Positions 1-12,000 of a stretch of 64,000 bases of DNA are shown here, piece by piece (positions within the stretch are counted from its first letter, which is position 1; each line of letters starts with the position of its first letter). The position numbers and the translations under genes were made by a program. The notes beneath the pieces were generated by a model. The model was not told where the DNA came from and searched no databases. It saw nothing but the letters and a program-made list of their open reading frames with translations. This DNA is from Cyanophora paradoxa CCMP329. Its lineage: Eukaryota; Plantae; Glaucophyta. The stretch covers positions 372,001-436,000 of the forward strand of contig QPMI01000039.1 of the NCBI GenBank assembly GCA_004431415.1, given 5' to 3'.

Positions 1-3000
1 CGGTCGAAACAGTGATGCCGCTACCTACAAAGAGGCGGCAAACTGGGGAGCTATCACTGACGATGACCAGTGGCACTACACGTGCATCGATATCGATGCG
101 CAGGTGATTAAGGCCATACGGATTCGCTTCTTGCAATTGCTTTCCCGCTCAGACAGTCCTCTTTAATTGCTCTGCAGCTGCGCGCAAGCCCCAGAGTTGG
201 GAGATCCTCCAAGGTCAACGGCATACTGATCCACGCTCCTCTGGATAATTTCAACGTTATGACGGGGACTATGTGGATCGACGATTTCAGCGTCTCCGTC
301 TATCCGCCCGGCTGGATCCGGGATGTCGCCGTCTCCCTCTCCGGCAGGCAGTACACTGTCACGTTCAGCACATGCGCCCCCGTCCCGCTCCTCTCTGTCA
401 GCAGCGTCAGCGCGGGGACCGCCACTGTGACAAAAGCCCGCGCTGGGGGTGCGGACGGCAAGATGGCCCTTTCCGCGCCCGGTCGCCTGAGCGCCACTGC
501 GCCCATCGCCCTCGAGGCTACTGCTGCGGAAGTTGCGGCCGCATTTCTGGGTGTTGGCGCGAATGTGTCCGTATCTCGCACTGGCTACTGCTTCAAGAGT
601 ACATTTGATGTAAGCTGCTTGCAATTGGCTGATTCTAGATTTAGACCTCGAGCCCGAATTCGAAGATCTGATCGTGATATACGCTTGCAATTTTGCACGT
701 TTGAACGTGCACAGATAACCTTCATCAACATACCAGGGGACGTTCCTCCCCTGAGCGCGACCATCTCGGACTCTCCTGCGGAGGTCGCGGCCTCGACTTC
801 CGTGACTGAAATTGCTAGCGGAGGCTTTGTGGACTACATACCTGGAGAATTCCTGTCCACACCCGGCGCGTATATACGTATACAATATACACGCTCGTGT
901 AACTGTGCGAGGTCGACGTCTGACAGTGCGCTTGCGCTTATATATGAACGTACAGAGGTCTTACCTCAACTCCTCGTGGAAGTGAACGGCCTGCGCGCGG
1001 GCTGCGGGCGGAACGGGAGCCTCGTCGCCTCGTGTGACTTCGACTACTCGGAAGGTGCCGCAGCCGCCTTGCGCTCGCGCTCAAGTACGACGGGCGCCCA
1101 CTGAGACTGCCGGCGCCGCTTCTCAGCTGCCACGCCTGAGCTGTCGGCGACGACACCAGCGTCCGGTGCGATGCTCTCGCCGCTGATTAATATAAAATTC
1201 CGTCTTTTCGAGATGACGGCCATGGCCAGGCCTTGCCGGGACGACAATCACCATCACCGGCGACTTCAAGGATCTTGACGCGGGCGCGACTTGGGACGTG
1301 GACATCCAGCTAAGCATCGACGACGACGCGGACATCGCGGCCGTCCCGGCGCGCCGCCGCCTGCAGGGGCACGATCGCGAGCTCGAGCTCGAGGAAGAGC
1401 CGCGGGACCCAAGGGAAGTTCACCTTGCGGAGCACCGGCCTGCAGATCCCAAGCCGGAGACCGGGTCTTACCGCAAGTACATGCATATGCAGCCTGCACG
1501 TGCACCGTCACCGCGCAACGCCGCTATGAACCACGGAGACCCGCGCATTTACACGGCTCCTGCAGCGAGCTCGAGGATGCCCTCCACGGTGCCGGAGAAG
1601 CTCACGCGCATGTCTCGCATCGTTCGATCGAATTCCGGCACCATTCCGGGTGCTGAAATTGAGCACCCCGCGGAGGAGAACCCACTGGCGTTTGTCTCCA
1701 AGATCATGAACCCGCAGACGGAGCCGGCGACGGCGCCCGTTTCGGATCCAGCGCAATCTCCATCGATACCGTTCGCTTCTGGAGACGAGTCTGCTCGTGA
1801 GACTTCGACAGGCGTCTCTAGAGGTCGCGAGCTCCAGGCTATCGCACGGCCGGACACGTACCCTAGTGCGCCCTTCACCGCCGACGAGAAATCGAAGATC
1901 ATCGCGTACATCAACGAGCTACGGGATCTACACAGCGCCCCGCCTGTGGTCTGGGATGATACGTTGGCAGGGTGCGCTGTACTGTCATTGCGCTGACGGC
2001 TAACTGACTGTAATTATCAATAAGAGAATGACCAATTTGCAATCGTCATAATCCGGACGTCGACCCGGGCCCGGCATGCGCAGATGGGCGCAGTTTTGGT
2101 CGGAGAAGATGGCGGCGGACAACAACTTCGAGCACAGCGGTACGCTTGGCTTCACATTCGCGGACGGGGCAGCGGGCGAGGTCGGAGAGAACCTTGCGAT
2201 GTTCGCTCCGCCGAGGACCAATCTCGAAGATGCCCTTCGCTCCAATTTCGCCTGGTGGAATGAGGTTCGCCGGTGCCTTATTATAATTATAGTCGCAAGT
2301 CCAAGGCAAATTATAATTGAGCGTTCTCGCAGGTGAACAACCCCGGCTACGACTTCAGCAATCCCGGGTTCAGCTATGGCACCGGTCATTTCACGTAAGC
2401 TCTTCTCCCGTGTGCATTTTACGTTTTGCCAAGAATTTCGAACCGTGGTCGCGTCACAGGTGCGTTGTCTGGAAGAACAACAAAAAGGTCGGTCTTGGCC
2501 TAGCTAAAGGAACAATGAAGTCCTCGAAAAGTGCGTTGGCTGCTGCAATCGCTTTGCTCACACTTTCTTCTTTGCCTGATGTTCCGAGCAGCGGGAAACA
2601 TGCTTCCTGTCGTCTATGTCACTTGGGAAAGCCAGCCGCCATGCAATGTGCGCGAGTAGAACCTTCTGTATATATGAATCACTTCTTCTGTTTTCTATTA
2701 TCCAATCCATGCATATGCGCCGCAGTACGATGGGCAATTCGCCGACCAGGTTGGAAATTTCCGCCCGTCTCCGACACCCAGCCCGACTCCGAGCCCCATC
2801 CCCCCGCCGCCCCCGATCCCAACGGTAAATGATCTGCATGATTTCACCATGATCATCGCCAGCTGCTCACTTTGCTCGCGCTTTGCAGCCGACGCCGACG
2901 CCAGCCCCATGCACTCCAGTATCCGTTTCGAGCACTGAGATTCAATGTGCGGCGCCGAAGATTCGTGCAGGCACCTACAACGTAACTCTCACCGTCAAGC

Positions 3001-6000
3001 ATCTCGGTTATGCACGTCCCCCCTCTGCTGGCGTACCAACTTTCCGCTACCCGCTGAGTACGTCCTTAAGCTTCGAAGCTGCCGTTTGAATTATTGAATC
3101 GCGAAACTCGAATTTGTGACATAAACGCTGCAGCTGTTGACGACACGCCTACACCCGTGAATGCTGGCGTGCTTGGCAGCGCGAGGCTCACCATCACTGG
3201 TCAGGCGCTCGGACCGATTACTGGATCTCGCAAGGTTGTCAAAGTTCTCCTCAACGCTTTTGAGTGTCCGGTTATCGAAGCTGCATACGATCGGATCGTA
3301 TGCCGGACAACCGCACTCCCAGAGGGCCAGTACACCGTCAAAATCAGTATGGGCGCGCAGACGCACACGCTCACTGCAAAGTACGCCACATCGGAAGGTC
3401 CGCTCGCTCTTTATCGAGCTCGGTATGGAGAGATGAAGCTGTAGTCGCGGTTCTGAGCGAGGAATTTCCGCTCGCGCAGCGTACACTCCCACGGTGACGG
3501 GCATCGAGCCCCAGTTCGTGGGCGACTTCGGGGAGCTGCTGACCTTCAGCATTTCCGGGACGCGCCTCGATGTGGACACCGACGTCCTTATCGGCGCCTC
3601 GCGCTGCATCCCGCTCGCCTCGACGACCGGTACGAGACTGCAGTGTCAGCTTGCGGATCCGCTGGTGTCGCGGAAAGACGGCGCTCCGCTCGGCGTGTCT
3701 GTCATCGTTGGCGCACTGGGCCAGACGCGGGGGAGCGCAAACGTCACCTTCAAGACGGAGGTAACGTCAATATTCCCGACCCGAGGATCCCTGTTAGGCG
3801 GCGGTCAGATTACGGTGCGACATTCTGTCGAAAGTTCGTTCCAGCTTAAGCTTGTCGCTCTCTTGACTTCCGTTTTTGTTCCAGTTCATCGGATACGGAT
3901 TCCCGATCAACACAACCACCTTCGAGACCGTATCGCTGCTCGGCGGAACAGTCGAGATCCCCTGCCGCACCGTCTCGACAAACCAGACGTGCTTCGTATG
4001 TTCGCCAGAGCCACCACGCGCATTGGCTCTCTCGCGGCGCCCGCGCGACGTCACGTCTATCGCCTTCGGCTCGCGGGTCACGGCAAAGCTCCCAGTCTCA
4101 TACCTTTTCGACCCCTCTGTGTGCGTCTGGGCTTTTGATATGCTCGCTAAAAAGAACACTGCAATGACCAAATAAACACCTTAGGACGCCGAACGTCACG
4201 GCTATCGAGCCGCCAGCAGGAGGCATCGGTCGTCAGATTACTATCTACGGGAGCGGCTTCAACTTGTCGAGCGTCGACCCTATCGTTACCCTCGGCTCGG
4301 TCCCCTGTGCTGTCAGCGGATTCTCCGCCGCAGACGGGTTTATCACGTGCACCACAGGCGAGGCCTACGTGGGCAATGCCTTGCTGGATGTGCTTTTCCC
4401 AGACATCGGTCTCGCTGCACCCCCTTCAATTGACTTCGGATTCCGCTACACCGCCGATATCACAGCGCTCTCCAACAGCAGCGCCTCTGCGGCAGGCGGC
4501 CTTACTCTCGGCCTTGCTCTCGCCAAGCCCATCCGAATCTCTGGGAACATCCGCAGCGCCGTCATTAGCTTCTCTGGTAACGAGACAGGAAATGCGGGTG
4601 CAGAGATGCGCTGCGGAATCGTTTCTCTCAGTAATACCGAGATCCGCTGCCGTCTGGCTGCACCAACGGGCGGGGCCGTCGGATTGTTTGGCGTGACGAA
4701 GGTGGCGGGCGTCGCTGTTGTCTGCTCTGCGGACAATTGCAGGATCAACATCACCGAAGGTAAGAACCGATCGGCATCTACTCTTCTCATTACAATGCAG
4801 GACCCCGAAAATACACTGATGCTGTTTTCGCAGCCGGAATACCGCAAATCTCGAGCTTCGTGCCTACGAGCGGGGTCGAAGGTCAGATAATTTCCATATA
4901 TGGAAACTTCCCACCGCTGGAAGCATCGGGTTTCAACGTCACAATCGGAACCGCCGAATGCACGGTCACCGCTGTCGACCCCGAATACATCAACTGCACG
5001 CTTCAGGCTGGGGAAGCGGGTTCTTTCCCGATCATGGTGAACATCGAGGGGATCGGGAATGCCTTGCAGCCTGCGGGGGGATCAAACTTCACGTACAGCC
5101 TCGTGTACTCATCCGGCGGCATCACGTCCGTGTCATCCTCTCGCAAACACGGGAGGCAAAGATCGCTACTCGCTGCCACCTACGGCCTTAGCTCTGCGCT
5201 CAAGGGGGGGTCGACCCTCGAGTTGAACGGGTACGGTTTCGGCTCGTCCGTCGTTGTCAAGGTGGACACCGCGACATGTGAGATCAAGTCCGTCACGTCC
5301 AACCGTGTTCAATGCATCCTGCCGGCTATGGCATCAGCCGGCGACAAAACCACAACTGTGTCCATCAATGGCTTCTCCGTCTCTGGTCCATCGCTCGCGT
5401 ATCTGACAGCCGCAGCTTCCCCCAGTATCACCGGAGTCAGCCCGGCCAGCGGCGCCACCGGAGCCCTCGTCACGATAAGCGGAACCAATTTCGGCACCGA
5501 CATCGACGCGCGCGATGCCATCGTGTACATTGGCACGGAGGTCACGGCGGCCAACCTGCTGAGCATCCGCACTTTGCAGTCCAGGTGTTCTGTCAATCTT
5601 CAACAACAGCAAACAACGGCAGCGATAGATATCATGTGCAACCTCGGCGAAGGCCGCGCTGGCAGCGGGCAGAAAGTGTCCGTCCTAATTCCAAGCATCG
5701 GTCTTGCCGAGGCGGCGCCCACTTTCACCGTGAACATGGCCGTCACGAAGGCCGAACCGGTTGGCTCTCCGTTCCGTGGTGGGATGAACGTGACGTTCAC
5801 TGGCTCGGGGTGCGGAATTAATGTATTCTCGTGATCATCGAACAGCAAATTAAACATGCATTAACCTGCACCTGCACCTGATTCCATAGATTTGACGAGC
5901 GGCCCGAAGCGATGGCGGTGACAGTGTGCGGGATCCCTTGCGCGATTGTCAGAAGCAACTTTTCTTCCTTCGTAAGCCTCTTAGGGGTTCTGGGATTCGT

Positions 6001-9000
6001 TGTGTTGCGGCTCATTCCGTATCGTTCAGGTCTGCACCACCGGGGAGCTGAGCTCGAACTCGACGTTTTACAGCTCTGCAAGCAACTGCGCCGTGAACGT
6101 GTCCGTGCCCGCTTTCGACACTGCGGCCGCTGCAAAGGGCAGCTTCACCCCCGGGTTCCAATACTCGAACACGGCGGATGCTCCGCAAATCACTTCCGTT
6201 CGCCCGAGACGCGGCTCTACAGCCGGCGGTACATTGCTCACAATGGTAGATTCCGTTTGCGCGGCTCCAGGTGATGCTGCTATCACGCTGACTTCAATGA
6301 CAATGATGCACGCAGATTGGCTCGGGATTCGCCGGCTACAGCGATAGTGGGTTGCCTCCCACCGTGCGCTTGCAGTGTAACAGCGTTTGCGATATTCGAT
6401 TCTTCAACGATACGGTTTGTCTGCGCTAGCTATATATATAGCGCCTCTCTCGCCGAATCGTCGCCATTCAACTCGCTTCTTTGCAGCTTGTTATTTGCGA
6501 GACGAACGCGTGCAACTCTACAGCGGCGGCCGCGCCGCTTGTGACGGTGTCGGAGAAGGGCAATGCCAAGGTAGCCGAGGGCGAGACGTACGAGTTCGCG
6601 GACCTCTGGAGCCGACGGACGACCTGGGGAGGCTTCGATCCGCCGGTGAATTAAAGACTCCTTGCCCCTTTGCGCCTGCATTTTCCATTGCAGAATTAGT
6701 AATGTTGCACGCAGGGCATCATCGACTATCCAAAAATCACGGACCGGGAGTCGGCTGTTATCATGCCCGAGCAGCGCATCGTGCGCACCCGGTGTACTTA
6801 AAAATGTTCGGGACTGAACGTTAACGATGCGGTACCGTTTCAGGTCATGGATGTTCCGATACTGCGGCTGCGTCTCCTTCTCATCGAGGGTATATTTTAT
6901 GAATATGCAGCCTTTCTCTTTATCCCTGATTGCATGACATCGACTCTCGCAATCGCGACCTGTACAGGTACTGTGATCTTTGACGACATACAAGATTACA
7001 ACATCGTATGCGAGTGGATCATGCTTCGCGGAGACAATGCGAAGCTCATTATTGGAACGGAGGAAAAACCATTCAAGCACAAAGTAAACCTGACGCTCTA
7101 CGGGGTGCCGCAGTCTCCTCAGGTGCAACTTGCGTGTCTTAGGGGTTTAGTTCGCTTTTTTCTGCGAGTGGTGCTGATATTACTATATATCAGATCCCGC
7201 GGTATGGCGCTAAAGTGCTCGCGCAACGAGGTGGACTAATCGATATTCACGGTGTTCCTCGCCTGCCATGGACAAAACTTGCCAAGGTTGAAATCTCTCC
7301 GCGATTACTAAGGCTAGTTACGTGCTTATCGCCTCATTCGATTGCAGACCGTCAACGCGAAGGAGAAGGTTATTGAGGTCATTGAGCCTGTGGACTGGGA
7401 GGTCGGAGGAAAAATTGCGATCGCGTCCAGCGGATTTAATGGCGATGCGGAGAGCGAGGACAGGTGGCCATCTCATTCTCATTCTGTCGACCAGCTGCAG
7501 TATGTCATGCGGTACTATTCACGCCCTGGCGCGCGTAGAATCATCACCGCCATCTCCGCGGACCGGCGGACCATCACCTTGGATCGCACACTGGCCAACA
7601 GGCACCTGGGAGTCATTCAATCCTTCGGGACGGGTTCGAACGCGAGACTCGTGGACTTCCGCGCAGAGGTCGTCTACTTGGTCAGGACGCCCTTCGTTCG
7701 CTCTCACCCCGCGCCGGACTGCCTTTCGACCCCAAAGCGCGCAGACGAGGAACATTCGGATCCAAGGAGACGACGAGACTTCGGAGAAAAATCGCTTTGG
7801 AGCGACAATTCGCGTCTTCTCCACGTCAAGCTTGCGGTCCATCACGAGGGTTCGAACTGCGATTCAATCACGCGGAGTTTCAACATTCGCAAATTCGCCC
7901 TATCGCATGTACATGTGACTGGCTGCGCCTAACTTCGCATGCTGTGTCGTTCAGATCCAAAACATTGAAATTTTCAATGGAGGTCAGGCGCTCATCTGCG
8001 CTGGTCGACCGGGGCAGTGGGCGCTTGGATTGTGCGTGCAGCCTCCAAAATGCTCGAGCGCGGCTGTCTGTAGCGCTGCTCATCTGACCGAGTCATTAAC
8101 CTCACGGCAGCACCGACCTGGAGTCGTGGGGGTCCAAGTCCTATGTTCGCGGCATCGCCATTCACCAGTCTTGGAACAGGTACGTCTGGGAAATCACAGT
8201 CCTAGTCGGGATCAAGTGAATGCGTTTGCTGCGCTGTTCTCAGCTTTTCTCCGCAGAGCAATCGGGCTCCAAAATGTTCAGGGAATGCAAATCCAACGCA
8301 ACGTGGCCTGTAAGCGACGCTTATATTATTACCCTCGTTTTGTGTCTGCTCACGTGCACACACTATCGAAATCGGTCGTAAGATCGCGTCACCGGCCACT
8401 CGTGCGTATTACCCAATGAAGACAGCGATGTTGAAAGAGCCACTATGCGTCCTCGCTAATATAAAGAACTCTTTCGCAGTTTTTTCACGGTTAAAGGAGT
8501 TGAGAAGAACATAGTTTTCGAGGAGAACGTGGCAATGGGGTCCGTGCCGACCTGGAGCTGCAGTCCCGCTGATCAGAGTCCCGTGCGCCTCCGCTGCCTG
8601 CACGGGAAACTCATGATCATGAACAATGCTCGCTCTGACGCTCGCGCGTCAACGGCTAGGCTGGCTTCTTCAACTGGCATCAATCCAACATTTTCCGCGG
8701 AAATGTAGCAGTGGGTGGCATGTTCGGATTTCTTATGGATCCTGCCGAGAATGTTGGATTCGAAGGCAATTTCGTAAACAATACCGGTGCTGATGTTTTT
8801 TGGTCATTGATGACGAACAGCGATGCTGATCATGATGTTTTTTGCGCGCTCCAGCGCACGCCGCGTCGAGCGATGGGCTCATCGTTCCGTATCGTGAACA
8901 TTTTGTTTCTCGCTTATTCTATAGCTAGGGGATTTTGAGGCCTTTTTGTTCGTGCGCAGCGTACAGTCCCGGCGGAAGCCCAGCTTGCACACCAAGCTCC

Positions 9001-12000
9001 ACTAAAAGCGCAGGTTCGAATCACGTGCATTTATGTAATCTCGTCCGTGCGCTTCTGTAATCTAACCCTGTGTACTGCAGTATTCTTGAACTCTACGTTC
9101 TATGCAAACGGAAATTCGGGCATCAGAGCACGAGGATGTGGCTTGACATTCCGGAGCATGAATGTTGTCGACAACAAAGACGCGCAGATCTTGATTCTCA
9201 CCCTTGGTTCGTCGAATCAGGATCCGAAATTCGCCGGCACGCCAGGTGTGTATGATCATCATTGACGTCAGCTAGAGTTGAATACTCGAAGTGACGCAAC
9301 CGGTGTCGTCAGGTACCATATCATACACGTCCCGCGAACCTCTGATAAACACATCACGTATCGAGAACACAATCTTGGTAGGAAACTCCGACCTCAACCC
9401 CGGGTCAGGAGATCGAATCGGAATTTTGGTGAGAAAAACGTTGGGCACGTCCCTGTCGGTGGTAGACTTCATCAACTTTGCGAATGCGGGGGATTCGGCA
9501 TTCGGCCTCTCCACGTCGTCCGAAGACTCGTTCGCCGGGTTCAATGTCAGCACCGAGAAATTGACTTTCACGAATGCCCCGCGCCGACTCCTCTTCAAGG
9601 AACCATACACAGGTCCGGATCCGCACAACACGAGTTCACTTCGGGTTTTGTATTGCTTGCAGCAATTTACTCAGTACCCTCGCAGGCTATATCCGTGATG
9701 TCGATGGGACGCTCTCGGGAAGCGGAGGCGCTCTCGTGGTCGACAAGAACAACATCACCAGCGCGCTCTCCGGCTGCACGGCTCCGACTGGCTTCTCGGA
9801 TGACGCATTGGCCTGCTCCGATACATCTATTCAGCGCATATTTGTCAAGTGCGCTCCTCCCGCGTCCACGGAACGATCGCGAGTTCTATTCTCCGTTTTT
9901 CGCGCATATATTGAGCTTCGAACTAATTGCATGTGCGCACAGCTCTGTACTTCCGGACAACAAAAAAGACTTGTTGGTCGCCGATGACACGACAGGTACG
10001 ACGATCGCACGAATTCCATTCAAAGTTTTCGATGAAGGTGCGCCTGATCATATGGCATCTTTACAAAGCTGTTATTGTACATGTGACGCTTCTTTCGCTG
10101 GCCGCGGCCTTCGCGCATTCCGATTTCAGACTCTGGGTACCATTTCATGGTTGCGTCGAGCGTTAACTACACTCTGAAATTCGACGACCCGGCGCCTCTC
10201 ACCAGACTCGCAATTCACGCACCACGTTGGCTGGTGCACACACCCTGGCCCGGCATATCGTACATTGCCGTAATTTTATAACCACAAGTTTGACTGATTG
10301 CTCTCGGTGGCACTGGCGCAGGCGTCCGACAAAGTGTATTTGACCGTGAAAAACTTCTCAGAAACGGTTCACCACCCACACTTGACCGCGTCCGTCGGCG
10401 ACTCCAAGATGCCGGAGAGTGAGCTGCTTCCTTCGATCAACGACATCGGCGTCACGGCGAACGGAACCCGCATCGGCGCCTTGGGCTTCGCAAACGCATC
10501 GATCGATCCCTCCGGAATGGGCACCCTCCGCGTCGCAGTCGGGGCTATCGACGGGAGGTGGGGGTCAAAATTCGAGATCAAAACACACAGTGCGCCCGGA
10601 GTCCGTCTTTTCGAAACAGAGGTTTTCTCCCGGAATGCTGACATGAGTGCTCTTTCCCGCATCATTCAGCCTGCCCTCGACCGAGGCCAGACAGCGAACT
10701 GTGCACGCGCTGCCCGCCGGACACGCGCCCGACGCCGACGCCGTCCCCGACCCCGACCCCTCTTCCTACTGTGACCGGCTTCCTCCCTTGGAGCGATCCG
10801 GCATCCTGGCCAAACGGGCAGAAGCCCACCGCGGGCTCAAACGTCGTGATCGGCCCTGGGGTCGGCATAGCAATCGTGCGTGCCGCGCATGTATCCGGCT
10901 TCACTTTTATCGTCTTTCTTACGCATAACACGCCCCCTGCAGGACGAAAGCACGCCCCCGCTTGGAGTTGTGACCGTCCAAGATTACGGCTGGCTGACGT
11001 TCGCAGAGAACGTCGCGTCAAAAATCGTCCTCACCGCGACTCGCATCGTTGTCGATAATCTCGCGCGCTTCTCGGTCGGGAACTCGACTTCGCCGTTCCC
11101 TGGCGCCGCCGAGATTGTGCTCACGAAGAGTGCGAAATTTCAAACTTAGTTCTAGACAAACAAGTTCATGGTCTTTCGAAGAGACCGACACGATCGATAT
11201 CCCTGCAGATATAACTGCAGCTGGGGCGACCCGCCGCCATCTTGCGCAGAGCGGATCCCTTCCGAAAGCGGCCCTCGAAATCAAAGGCGACTTCGAGATT
11301 TACGGAAAGCCGCCGACTCGCAGCTGGACGGTGCGCATGCTCGTGTTAACATTCCTCTTACTTTTGGGCGTTCTTCTTGGTCATGATGAAGAATCGCGCA
11401 GCGCCTGAACGAGGACGCGGCGGCCGCGGCCACAAAAATCGTTGTGGAGGAGGACATTGCGGCCGCTGGGGACATTGTGGTGATCGCTGCTTCGGACTGG
11501 GCGGCGGACGAGTACGACCAGGCTGCGGTCGCCTCGGTGGCGACCGTGGACGGCGGCAAGGAGCTCACACTCACGACGCCCCTGAAGCACCGACACATAG
11601 GATCGAAGACAACCGTCGCGGGCCGCTCGATCGATATGCACGCGGAGGTGGCCGTAATCAGCCGAAACGTAGTCTTCCGTTGCACAGATCTGGACAGCAC
11701 GGGCATCGCAATCGTTCCGAACGACGATTCAACGAAACCTCGCACTGTTGTCTTGGACTCCATTGCAATGGTCGGTTTCGGCTACAGCAATCGTTCCCGA
11801 CTTGCCACTCTGCGTTACGACAGCGGCGTCTATGGCGTCCATTTCGACTCGGTATTCGAGCTCAGAGTGGCGAACAAGTCGCACAATCTAGCGCTTCGTC
11901 GGAGCGTTTTCAGCGACGGCGCAGCCCCCGCAATTTTCGTTCGTGGCTCTGGCATCGTCGTCGAGGACAATGTGGTCTTCAACACAAGTGCGACCAACAT

